64,000 nucleotides of DNA from sequence record NC_048054.1; one strand, given 5' to 3'. A program made the translations under genes and the position numbers. The notes beneath the pieces were generated by a model, which had not been told where the DNA came from, did not search any database, and was given only the letters and a program-made list of their open reading frames with translations. Below are positions 30,084 through 38,841 of this stretch, in pieces; position 1 is the stretch's first letter; each line of letters opens with the position of its first letter.

Positions 30084-30890
30084 TTAGAAGCTGTGACCTT
30101 TGATGATACCAGCAATCTTCGCGTAGTAGTCAGGGCTGTAGCGGAACACTTGAGCGTAGTAGCTCAACAGTTTCGGCACGTCAACACCAGCAGCGGCAGA
30201 CACGCTATCAACCTGTGGGAAGTGTTTCTCGTCCAGCTCGTCGCCAGACAGAACGGCTACCATGCTCATGGAGCTGATCTGTTCTTCGTTACCCTGCTCG
30301 TCAACAACGAGGAAGGTATTGTCATCGGTAACGTTAGCAGCAACGAAACCAACTTTCAGATCGCCAGAGTTAGACACGAAGCTAACCATGTCGCCACCAG
30401 TAGCACCAGCCAGCACCAGGTTGTGACGCGCAATCGCCTGAGCCAGAGTAGGCATGGACGAAGCCAGGTTAACGTTAGCCGCACCAGACACAGAACGAAT
30501 CATATCGATCAGTTCAGAGTTGTCATTGGCGTCGCTTTCACGTACCAGCACGTCTTCACCGCTTTCGCTACGGCGTACTGCCCACATGCGCTCGGACTTG
30601 TCCATGTACATGTTCTTGGACAGCGCCTGGAACTCGTCACCCATCTGAGACACAGGAATGATATCCTGCATACGGTTCAGAATGGTGCGCACGAAGCTGG
30701 TGGTTTTGCCTGGCTCGATCACAGTAGTTGCACCAGCGACCGGAGCATACTCACGGTTGCAGGAAGCACTGACGATAGCGCCGAAGTTGTCAGCGATGTT
30801 TTCACCGACGTTATGAGTCACTTGCACGATGGCCACGCTCTGGTTGTCGTTGAGCTGGTCAATCTGTTTGATGAAAGCCTTCATTGTCAT
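30084..30890 (-). CDS. Putative virion protein, 268 aa
   Basis: AGGAG RBS; TAATTTCA motif upstream; internal SVSGA and SVSAA motifs. Confidence 0.6.
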   Translation of the reverse strand: MTMKAFIKQIDQLNDNQSVAIVQVTHNVGENIADNFGAIVSASCNREYAPVAGATTVIEPGKTTSFVRTILNRMQDIIPVSQMGDEFQALSKNMYMDKSERMWAVRRSESGEDVLVRESDANDNSELIDMIRSVSGAANVNLASSMPTLAQAIARHNLVLAGATGGDMVSFVSNSGDLKVGFVAANVTDDNTFLVVDEQGNEEQISSMSMVAVLSGDELDEKHFPQVDSVSAAAGVDVPKLLSYYAQVFRYSPDYYAKIAGIIKGHSF

Positions 30891-30910
30891 CTCCTGAATG
30901 TTTCGACAAT

Positions 30911-30918
30911 TGAAATTA
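30911..30918 (-). promoter_or_regulatory. TAATTTYA-class promoter motif
   Basis: TAATTTCA 21 nt upstream of start 30890. Confidence 0.55.
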
Positions 30919-30930
30919 GTAAACTTAGGG

Positions 30931-32127
30931 TTAGCCTGTTACGCGATATCGCGCATTGACCCAGATACTGCGGTTACCAACAGTAGCCCATTTGGTGGTT
31001 GGGCTGTTTGTGATGCCGAGCTTGCCAAGTGCGCGAGCACCGTCAATCGCACCAGAACCCTGAGAACCATCACCGTCGTTGATTCCGGCCTTAGACAGTT
31101 TGTTCTTCAAGTTCGTAACAGGACCTTGAATCTGCGTTTCGAGTCTACCAAGAGCAGCCTCTATCGAAGGTGTTCGGTCCATGTTTAAGTTAACGACTTG
31201 CCCTGTGAAGTCGAAAGCCATTTGCCCTTCTGCCTGTAACTGAGCAGCGAGCGCATAGTAACAACTACAGGTAATCCAGCCGTCAAGGATTGTGCCTTGC
31301 ATGTTCGTGCCGTTGAAGCCAGTAACACGCGGACCAATCATGTTGAACAGCGCCAGACCACGGTACAGATAACCAATCAGGTCAGCTTGCGTATACTCCA
31401 GTTCAGGAATAACGTTGTACTGACGCGCTTTGTTGATGTGGTCTTCTACCATAGACGCGGCGATAAGAATCTGCGGCGTTACTGCCCACAGCTTATACGT
31501 CAGCATCTTGGTTGTCTTGCGTGAGGCAGAAGTGTACTGCGCGATTAAACTAATCGGCTCTAAGCGACGAGTAGCAACCCACACAGGCACTTGGAACACG
31601 CAGGTCTTGGCGCGGTTCACAATCATCTTCACACCCGCATCGCCGGAGTCGATATCAGATGCAACGATTTGGTTGTTTAACGCAAGCTGGAATTTCAGCT
31701 TATCGCCACGCGTATCGAAGTGAAACGGCAACGTCATCTCAAACGTTTCGTTGTCACCAAAAAGCGTAACGATATCCGTAACACGGTTCTCAGTCAGCGG
31801 CTCGACAATGAGTTCCTGACTCGACTGCATGATCCCTTCTTCGGAATCATAGCGCCATTTGACTGTCAGACGTTTATCGTCCACCAGCCCCATGTTAGGA
31901 ATCGCAACATCAGCAGTCCAGTAGCCAGGAACTTCGCCCGGCGTTGCGACCACTTGAGCCAGCACTGATTTATCGTCAGGGTCAATGAGGCTTACGACAG
32001 GCCCCATATCATCTGACTGTGGATAAACAGGCTGGTCTAGATCATCAAAGAAACTTTCTTCGAGGACCAGTACGTTACCTTCTGTTGTGCGCATATCAGT
32101 CTGCCTTAGTGAGTCCCAGGTACTCAA
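30931..32127 (-). CDS. Putative neck / head-tail adaptor protein, 398 aa
   Basis: N-terminal Ig-like beta region. C-terminal YTQADLIGYLYRGLALFN...AFDFTGQVVNLNMDRT resembles myovirus neck adaptors by recollection only. Confidence 0.4.
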   Translation of the reverse strand: MSTWDSLRQTDMRTTEGNVLVLEESFFDDLDQPVYPQSDDMGPVVSLIDPDDKSVLAQVVATPGEVPGYWTADVAIPNMGLVDDKRLTVKWRYDSEEGIMQSSQELIVEPLTENRVTDIVTLFGDNETFEMTLPFHFDTRGDKLKFQLALNNQIVASDIDSGDAGVKMIVNRAKTCVFQVPVWVATRRLEPISLIAQYTSASRKTTKMLTYKLWAVTPQILIAASMVEDHINKARQYNVIPELEYTQADLIGYLYRGLALFNMIGPRVTGFNGTNMQGTILDGWITCSCYYALAAQLQAEGQMAFDFTGQVVNLNMDRTPSIEAALGRLETQIQGPVTNLKNKLSKAGINDGDGSQGSGAIDGARALGKLGITNSPTTKWATVGNRSIWVNARYRVTG

Positions 32128-33202
32128 TCAAATTGCGTAGCTGGTCGTTATACCCACCTTCGATTAGCGCTCTCGCCATTGCAACGTGGTTGGAGTTCGC
32201 AGTACGCACCACCTTAGCCTGATACTCAGGAACGTTTTGCATGTTCTGGCTCAGGTTGTAGAAGTAGCTGCGCACGAAGTTCGTTCGTTCCACGTTACTC
32301 GCTTCCATATCGCTCGTGTCCTGCGTAGGAGTCAGAAGGAGATAGAGTGCAGCAAGCAACTCAGGACTCTGATCAACAATCGGCGAAGCCAGAGAAGCAG
32401 CAATCTTCATCAGACCTTTCGCAACAAAGTCAACCACAGTCTTCTCGATGAACTCCGTACCAGCTTTACCTACGTTAGGCAGATACAAGCCAGGCAAGAT
32501 GAAGATACAGAAGTAAAGCGGAAAGTCTTTACGCATCACGTCGGGGATAAGCATCTCCGAGTAGTCTTTCCAGATGTTGATATTGAAGTGCCATTCGTCG
32601 TAAGGCACTGTGCGCATCAGGTTCGATACAGTCAGGTCCTTCACCTGATTCGCCTGCGATGCAAGATCGCGAGCGCTCTGCGAAGGAGCAAGGTTCGAAC
32701 TCGATACAAGCTGGACGTAGTTGCGCGTGACAGCACCGATAGTGTTGTACACCACATTCAGCATCTCAACACCATTGCCGTTCAGACCAAAGATGACCGA
32801 ACGTGGAAGACCAATAGTGATGTATTCGTTATTATTGTCAACGCCCCACAAGCGCCAGTAACGCCCGCGACCAAGCTGAGTCATCGGCTGCGGGAGAATA
32901 CGGTTAGCGCGAGGTTTCAGGCAGAACGTGAAGCAGATACCGCTGTCAATCATGATCACTGAATCATCAGGACGATTCGAGTAACCCATCGACATATCGT
33001 TATCCGTCGAGTACACGTTCACCAGAGTGAAGTTCAGCGACTTGGTGAAAGGCATCTGAGCTTCAATCAAATAGGCGAGGACTTGACGAATGATAGTATC
33101 AAGCACGTAAGGAGTTGCGCTACGCATTTGTTGCGGACGATATTGCCCGCTATACGTATTCTCCTTGAACGTGCGATCTACCTTGAAATGCGTTAACGCC
33201 AT
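32096..33202 (-). CDS. Hypothetical protein (probably virion-associated), 368 aa
   Basis: Long ORF coupled to its neighbours in a late-motif-driven run. Confidence 0.7.
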   Translation of the reverse strand: MALTHFKVDRTFKENTYSGQYRPQQMRSATPYVLDTIIRQVLAYLIEAQMPFTKSLNFTLVNVYSTDNDMSMGYSNRPDDSVIMIDSGICFTFCLKPRANRILPQPMTQLGRGRYWRLWGVDNNNEYITIGLPRSVIFGLNGNGVEMLNVVYNTIGAVTRNYVQLVSSSNLAPSQSARDLASQANQVKDLTVSNLMRTVPYDEWHFNINIWKDYSEMLIPDVMRKDFPLYFCIFILPGLYLPNVGKAGTEFIEKTVVDFVAKGLMKIAASLASPIVDQSPELLAALYLLLTPTQDTSDMEASNVERTNFVRSYFYNLSQNMQNVPEYQAKVVRTANSNHVAMARALIEGGYNDQLRNLIEYLGLTKAD

Positions 33203-34491
33203 TACTTGACCGATTGTTTCAGCAGACGTTTCTGTTGTGGGTTCAGGCCCATGACGTCGGCGATTTCATCAATCTTACGCAGAGTCAGAACGCCTTTCGC
33301 AGTACCACCAGAACCTGTCAGAGAGATCTTAACGAACTCACGACCGTTACGGCCAGTTACCATCTGGTGAACAACGCTGTTCTTACCGCCACGTCCCGCA
33401 CGAAGCGCGGTAGACGCCATGCCCAGGATTTCAGTAACCGCTTCTTTCTTCTCGGTCGGGCTGAGACCAGGAACGAGGCGCACATACAGGCTGTCGTTCT
33501 GGACACGCACGTTGTCGAAGATTTCTTTCTTACGACCGCGAATGGTATGCTGTTGCAGACCAAGCGTAGTAGTATCACGCAGGTTCTGAGTAGAACGGTT
33601 GATTGGCTTACGCTCGCTGTAGTTCAAGAATCCGTCGAGAGCCATCAGGTGGTTGATGGTACGCTTCATCTCAGGAGCAGTAGCGATCTGACGTCCCATA
33701 GGGAACGAGCCAGGAACTTTCTCGTCAACGAGTGACGTCAGGAAGTTTTCACTGATACCGCTTGCTACTGCGATTGTGGTAGACAGCACCAGAGCATAGT
33801 TCGGGTAGTGCATACCGTCAGAGTTCACGAAGTTGTCGATGAACACATAAGTCTGGAAACAGATCGGGTCAGTGCCAGACGCGATGAAAGTACGAGTACG
33901 AATCTTCGAATAGTCTTCTTTATTCAGAATCTTCGACAGGTAGTTGGCGATGGTTGCCGCCAGCTTGGTGTGTTCTTTTGGCGCACCGTTCTTAACGTCA
34001 ATGCTCATGAGCTTAACCAGTTTTTGTTGCTGGTCTTTCGCCTGAGTGATAACGTTCAGCAAAGACTTAGCGGCTGCGTTCTGATCTTTGAATGCGCTGA
34101 AAGTCTTACTGTTCAGAATCTGGTACGCAACCGACAGTTCACCAATTGCCTGAGACAGTTGGCTTACTTGCTGGTTGTATTGCGCCTTGCTCTTAACATC
34201 AGAGATATCAATCTTGGACAGATCGATAACTTGGTTAAGGTCGATAGCCTTGGCCTGTTTGCCTTTGATTGAGCCTTCGATATCAGACAGTTCGATGGCC
34301 TTAGCGCTGACGGACAGGAGTTTCTGTGGGATGACTACTGAGGTGGCGGTGGCGATAACTTTATCGAGTACGTTACGGAACTCTTTCGCTGTACGCGCAC
34401 CGCGTAATGCAGTCATATTCCCAGAGCTATAGTCAACAGATGCGCTGATACTGCTAACTTCATTGTTTTTGGCAGTCTTAGCCATGATCAT
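33202..34491 (-). CDS. Hypothetical (probable virion) protein, 429 aa
   Basis: GAGG RBS; late motif upstream; N-terminal SSISAS and SVSAK motifs. Confidence 0.7.
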   Translation of the reverse strand: MIMAKTAKNNEVSSISASVDYSSGNMTALRGARTAKEFRNVLDKVIATATSVVIPQKLLSVSAKAIELSDIEGSIKGKQAKAIDLNQVIDLSKIDISDVKSKAQYNQQVSQLSQAIGELSVAYQILNSKTFSAFKDQNAAAKSLLNVITQAKDQQQKLVKLMSIDVKNGAPKEHTKLAATIANYLSKILNKEDYSKIRTRTFIASGTDPICFQTYVFIDNFVNSDGMHYPNYALVLSTTIAVASGISENFLTSLVDEKVPGSFPMGRQIATAPEMKRTINHLMALDGFLNYSERKPINRSTQNLRDTTTLGLQQHTIRGRKKEIFDNVRVQNDSLYVRLVPGLSPTEKKEAVTEILGMASTALRAGRGGKNSVVHQMVTGRNGREFVKISLTGSGGTAKGVLTLRKIDEIADVMGLNPQQKRLLKQSVK

Positions 34492-34521
34492 CCTCTACTG
34501 GGTCTAGTAATCATATCGAAT

Positions 34522-34529
34522 AAAAATTA
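34522..34529 (-). promoter_or_regulatory. TAATTT-class promoter motif
   Basis: CTAATTTTT ~30 nt upstream of start 34491. Confidence 0.45.
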
Positions 34530-34597
34530 GCGACTAAGGGCTGTTTTGTCCGATATAGTCTTCGCACAGACTTTACAATTTTTGGGCACAAGAATGC

Positions 34598-34627
34598 AAA
34601 AAGGGGCAGCCGAAGCCACCCCTTTTT
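34598..34627 (-). terminator. Rho-independent terminator, repeated cUUCGg family
   Basis: AAAAAGGGGTGGC-TTCG-GCTGCCCCTTTTT; core identical to 7916..7943. Confidence 0.85.
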
Positions 34628-34657
34628 GTTTGCAGTAATGTCTATCGACCAGGCCGA

Positions 34658-35347
34658 TTAAACAGTTACTTTACCTTTTGCTTTGGTCTTCGCCGCTTTC
34701 TTAGCGCCAGCTTTCTGCGCTGCGGTACCAGTGTGCTTCACAGCTTTCTGGGTAGTCTCTTTACCTTTTTTCAGGCGCGGCAGTGGTTTCAGCTTAGGCT
34801 TAACCAGAGTTACCGCTTTCGGAGCTACTTTCGGAGTGACCAGCTTGCCGTCTTTGATCATTGGCTTGCGAGCTTTGCGCGCGGCCAGACGGGCTTTCTG
34901 CTTGGCGATCAGGTTACGATAACCAGCTTTCTGTTTCGCTTTCAGGTTGCCCAGAGCGATGGTCTGACGTTTCAGCAGCAGCTTACGAACTTTGCCTTGA
35001 GAAACGGCAGTCGCTTTCAGACCAGCCTGGTATTTAGCCAGACGCTCTTTCAGACGCTGTTCGATGCTCTTACCTTTAGCTTTCTTAGCCTGCTTACGCA
35101 GGTGAGCAGCACGTTCGTTGTCGTATTTCTTCTCAGAAGCTGTACGCTTAGGTGCGGCTTTCTTTGCAGCGCCTGGCAGGTTACGTGCACCAGCAGCTTT
35201 TTTCGCTTTAGGTGCTTTAGCAGCCTTAGGAGCTTTTGCTTTTTTCGCAGCAGGTTTCTTTGCAGCTTTAGCGGCTTTCGCAGCTTTAGCTTTGGAACCG
35301 CCTTTAACCGGATCGGTTGGAGAAGTAGTTTTGCGTTTTACGGCCAT
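34658..35347 (-). CDS. Histone H1-like (Hc1/AlgP-type) basic DNA-binding protein, 229 aa
   Basis: Very high K/A content with KAAK and KAPKAAKAPK repeats; almost no acidic residues; GAGG RBS. Confidence 0.75.
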   Translation of the reverse strand: MAVKRKTTSPTDPVKGGSKAKAAKAAKAAKKPAAKKAKAPKAAKAPKAKKAAGARNLPGAAKKAAPKRTASEKKYDNERAAHLRKQAKKAKGKSIEQRLKERLAKYQAGLKATAVSQGKVRKLLLKRQTIALGNLKAKQKAGYRNLIAKQKARLAARKARKPMIKDGKLVTPKVAPKAVTLVKPKLKPLPRLKKGKETTQKAVKHTGTAAQKAGAKKAAKTKAKGKVTV

Positions 35348-35413
35348 GGTTATTTCCTCAAGTTACAATTGAACTTTCGTCCTTAGGACATTAAGTTTTT
35401 GAAATCAGCATGT

Positions 35414-35421
35414 AAAAATTA
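35414..35421 (-). promoter_or_regulatory. TAATTT-class promoter motif
   Basis: CTAATTTTT 67 nt upstream of the histone-like gene. Confidence 0.4.
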
Positions 35422-35465
35422 GTATATTCCCTGAGAGTTTCTCAAGGAATTTTCCTAAATTCTTT

Positions 35466-36539
35466 TTACATAGCAGCATACCCTATTTCAGATAACACCG
35501 CGTCAAGTTCCTTGCGAGCACGAACCCGCAAAGACTTTTTAATTCCCGAAGCCTTCAGGTAATCCTTTAGGCCATCACGTGGGTCAATATCCGCAAGCGC
35601 CAGCTCGCTAACATCAACTGTATCTATATTATCGAGATCGACACGTTTATTCGTGGAATTTATTTGGGAAATATTTGGGACGCGTGTACGAATATCTGCT
35701 GGGATTGACACCGTATCTTTAACAACAAGTCGGTAGCGAATCGCAGGGTTTACCTCAAGGCGTGACCAGTCTTTCTGATTTTCAATTGCAACTGTTTCCA
35801 GTCTAAACCCAGGCTTGCTGTCGATAAACTTCTGTTGAACCACCAGCTCGCCTTTCTTATACTTGGCACGAATGTGAATGAATCCCTTCGGTAATGCCTC
35901 ACCAAATGTTTTCTGATACGGTGACCCACAATAAGTGAATCGTTTCTTTTCCAGAACCTGATGCAGGTGAATGTGCCCGCTTATCGTGTAGTCACGAGGG
36001 TCAACTTTAATATCGTGCTTCGCTTTAAGCGGACGACCATTATCACCAAGCGCACCTACTGCCTCGACGTGACAGAAGTTAAGACACGGCTTCTTGTGCT
36101 TAATGCTTTCTTTCGCAGGGTGCGGCAGGAAGTTAACGACAACGCCGTCAATCTCAACCTGTTCTGGTCGGAGATAGATATGCAGTGACTGTAAGAAATC
36201 CCATTCGCAGAACGTCTTGATCAAGTCCATGCTGGTGCTCGACATATCAGCCCAGTCATGGTTGCCGCCACTGTACCAAGTATCAATGATGCCTTCGTAC
36301 TTCAAGAAGAACTGGAGCAGCTTGCGCTTAGTCTCGTCGTCCATCTTAAACTTATCTGTGATATCCCCTGGAACAAAGATGTGACGAATGCCGTGCTCAA
36401 CTGCATACTGATAGATGCGGTCGATCGTTTCAAGTTGACGGTCAACGTGGTCAGTAGGGAAATGATTAGCAAGCCCTTCGAAGTGCCAGTCAGATGTGAC
36501 AAGAGCCTCTAACATCTCAGATACTTTTTTCTTTTTCAT
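35466..36539 (-). CDS. sbcD: SbcD/Mre11 (gp47-like) metallophosphoesterase nuclease (~357 aa)
   Basis: SDWH, GDITD, GNHD, FCH and GHIH motifs; start moved to ATG 36539, downstream of the promoter motif. Confidence 0.9.
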   Translation of the reverse strand: MKKKKVSEMLEALVTSDWHFEGLANHFPTDHVDRQLETIDRIYQYAVEHGIRHIFVPGDITDKFKMDDETKRKLLQFFLKYEGIIDTWYSGGNHDWADMSSTSMDLIKTFCEWDFLQSLHIYLRPEQVEIDGVVVNFLPHPAKESIKHKKPCLNFCHVEAVGALGDNGRPLKAKHDIKVDPRDYTISGHIHLHQVLEKKRFTYCGSPYQKTFGEALPKGFIHIRAKYKKGELVVQQKFIDSKPGFRLETVAIENQKDWSRLEVNPAIRYRLVVKDTVSIPADIRTRVPNISQINSTNKRVDLDNIDTVDVSELALADIDPRDGLKDYLKASGIKKSLRVRARKELDAVLSEIGYAAM

Positions 36540-36568
36540 CACTACAATCCATAGGTTTCTTTGACTGC

Positions 36569-36577
36569 TATTTACAG
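36569..36577 (-). promoter_or_regulatory. CTGTAAATA-class promoter motif
   Basis: Exact motif 30 nt upstream of the sbcD start. Confidence 0.6.
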
Positions 36578-36579
36578 AA

Positions 36580-37335
36580 TCAAAGGTCAAACTTGGCGGT
36601 CAGGAAGGCCTGAACCTTAGGTCGTGTGCCTGGTACAAGTTGGCCGAAGTTGAGTTCTTCGGGCTTGAAGCGGAACAGCTTGCCGTTCTGAATGCACTCG
36701 TATTTATCGACAGGCACAACAACATCTGCCTCAGTCGTATCAGCGAACATACGCATATCAGAGGAACCGTTGATGATGGAATAACTATACGAACTGGCAT
36801 CGACGGCTGTTGATGTACCACGAATGTATTTAAATTGCGCAGCAGTGTGGACAAGGTAGGAGTTGAAACTAACACGTCCGGTACGAGTAACGTTGTAGCC
36901 TGTACCTACTTCATTTCGCAGCAGTATAGTAGCGGTCAGCGAGGGCGATTGAGATCCCGTAGTCACATAGCATGTGCCATAAGACCAAGACTTGTTGCCT
37001 GTACTATCCGAGATGAACATAGTGTTGTTCGCAGACCAGTCAAGATTGTTTGCAGAGTTACCGCGAGAACATCCAGAACTGACCGTAGTGCCGATATGGA
37101 ACTGGTCATCAGTTGTCGGCATCGCACTGTATGCCCACTTAAGGTTAGATGCGTAGCGCTTACCTGACAGCACACCCGATACAGTATTAGCTTGACCGTT
37201 AAGGCCTAACGTGAACAGCGCTTTATATACGGTATTAACAGCAGAAGCTGCTTGCAGTGATGTGTTCTGGTCGAATGCGTACACCTGAGCGCACTGTAGG
37301 CTAAACACACCGTAATTGGAAACATGATATTGCAT
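36580..37335 (-). CDS. Ser/Thr/Gly-rich putative fibre/virion protein, paralogue of 41318..42172, 251 aa
   Basis: Shares LG.NG..N...G..S.K.....LK[WY] near the N-terminus and PGTRPK near the C-terminus with 41318..42172. Confidence 0.55.
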   Translation of the reverse strand: MQYHVSNYGVFSLQCAQVYAFDQNTSLQAASAVNTVYKALFTLGLNGQANTVSGVLSGKRYASNLKWAYSAMPTTDDQFHIGTTVSSGCSRGNSANNLDWSANNTMFISDSTGNKSWSYGTCYVTTGSQSPSLTATILLRNEVGTGYNVTRTGRVSFNSYLVHTAAQFKYIRGTSTAVDASSYSYSIINGSSDMRMFADTTEADVVVPVDKYECIQNGKLFRFKPEELNFGQLVPGTRPKVQAFLTAKFDL

Positions 37336-37338
37336 AGG

Positions 37339-37845
37339 CTACTTCCTGTTGAAGCGCAGCCAGTCCTTCCACCAGTATGTTACAGGCTTGTTCTGCCTGA
37401 GCGCATAGTCGATACAGTTCTGCGTACCTGATGGAGCACCGCAGCATAATGATATGAGTCGATCAGTTTCGTCGACCATATAGTGATTGCGTTTGTTCAA
37501 CGCAAATCCCGCCTGACCGTCCATGTGCAGCCAATCTTCTTTTGATGTGACTATTCTTACTTCGTGACTTTTATTAAGAAGGCCGTCAAGCTCAAACACG
37601 CTACTAATAGGCCAGCGTGAATTGAATCCAGGATAAGGCAGACAGGAAATAACTTTGTGACCTAGCTCTATTGCAGCAGTAGCTATGGCCATATCGAAAC
37701 CGAGAGCACAACCAACATAGATGATTGCATCGTCTTCGACTGTGAGCATTTTACGGTGCGCGAATTTATACAGGCGATGCTTTGCCTTAGGGCTGAATCC
37801 ACCCAGCGATTGCGGGCGATGGCCAGTAAAGGAGATCTTTTCCAT
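37339..37845 (-). CDS. SLOG superfamily, YspA/DUF1273-like protein, 168 aa
   Basis: ISFTGHRPQSL, VGCALGFD, RNHYMVD and SGTQNCIDYA motifs. Confidence 0.85.
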   Translation of the reverse strand: MEKISFTGHRPQSLGGFSPKAKHRLYKFAHRKMLTVEDDAIIYVGCALGFDMAIATAAIELGHKVISCLPYPGFNSRWPISSVFELDGLLNKSHEVRIVTSKEDWLHMDGQAGFALNKRNHYMVDETDRLISLCCGAPSGTQNCIDYALRQNKPVTYWWKDWLRFNRK

Positions 37846-37851
37846 TCACGT

Positions 37852-37860
37852 TATTTACAG
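37852..37860 (-). promoter_or_regulatory. CTGTAAATA-class promoter motif
   Basis: Exact motif only 6 nt before the ATG at 37845; no Shine-Dalgarno in between. Confidence 0.55.
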
Positions 37861-37884
37861 AAGCACATCCTTGTGCCTACAGAT

Positions 37885-38250
37885 TTAGGCTACGACTTGA
37901 ATGCCGTGATCACCTGAGTTCCATACAAGTTCACGAATGTTGCGTGGCATGATGATACAACCAGAAGAGGCAGTACCTGGTGCCTTGATGCTATCGCCGT
38001 GCATCTGGAACGCAGAGCGACCGAACATCACATTGTCAGAGCTTGGCGTCAAGTCCATTGCGTATGGACCTGTCTTCTGACTGGTGCGTGGCTTGTTGAT
38101 CGTGTACACACCAACAGGTAGAGGACCCATACCAACAACGCTCTGAGACTCATGCTTATTCTTGTGTTCACCTTTACCAGCATAGCCAGTGGCAACCAAT
38201 TTACCAGCAGCGTTATACAGACGGCCAGTTGTCTGTTCATATTTCCACAT
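37885..38250 (-). CDS. Tlde1/DUF2778-family L,D-transpeptidase-fold protein, 121 aa
   Basis: W.YEQ.TG.L, GYAGKG, GPLP.G.YTI, GRSAFQMHGD and ASSGCII (His...Cys catalytic pair); AGGAG RBS. Confidence 0.85.
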   Translation of the reverse strand: MWKYEQTTGRLYNAAGKLVATGYAGKGEHKNKHESQSVVGMGPLPVGVYTINKPRTSQKTGPYAMDLTPSSDNVMFGRSAFQMHGDSIKAPGTASSGCIIMPRNIRELVWNSGDHGIQVVA

Positions 38251-38331
38251 AGATGCTCCTTACATTTTGATGTGGTTTTCGACTAAAGTAAAAATGGGCC
38301 CACACCTTTCGATGTAAGCCCAAGATCACGA

Positions 38332-38841
38332 TCATTCCTTAATCATTTTGACACGCGTGTGGTCGAAGATACCGAACGTAGGCACATCATGATGCTCACC
38401 TTCGTTACCTTTGATCGAGTCGTACCCAGCAAGTTTGAGTATCTTGCTGATCTCGGTATACTCGTCCCACCACATATAGACTCGCTTATACTGCGATGCA
38501 GGTATAAGTTTGTTCAGCGCGTCTAACCTTTTAACGAGAGTCATCGCCTCATCTTTGCCAACCAGATGTAACTGGAAGGCTTCCATGATAAGTTGTTTCA
38601 CTCGTCTATGAATCTCAGCGAACTTTACTTCCGTCCACAGAGAACGGAACTTCAAGCTGGCATACCGGCCTGGGTCCGCATGAAATTTGTAGAGGCGCCC
38701 ACCTTCCGCATACTTCTCAGCATACGCACGATCTGGAGTTACCCAAGTCATGTGTTGCTTCTTCGCATGATCATCAGACCAATCTTCTGCAAGACCGCGA
38801 TAGTAGATTGTGGGCGCACTCAAACTGACAAAGATCTGCAA
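38332..38841 (-). CDS. ADP-ribosyltransferase-like protein with N-terminal MQIFVSLS peptide, 169 aa
   Basis: YYRG (strand 1), TWVTPDRAYAEKYA (S/T-x-T plus helix), GYDSI.GNE and FGIFD..RVK, the layout of phage/PolyVal-type ART domains; TTG start adjoining the upstream stop. Confidence 0.6.
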   Translation of the reverse strand: MQIFVSLSAPTIYYRGLAEDWSDDHAKKQHMTWVTPDRAYAEKYAEGGRLYKFHADPGRYASLKFRSLWTEVKFAEIHRRVKQLIMEAFQLHLVGKDEAMTLVKRLDALNKLIPASQYKRVYMWWDEYTEISKILKLAGYDSIKGNEGEHHDVPTFGIFDHTRVKMIKE

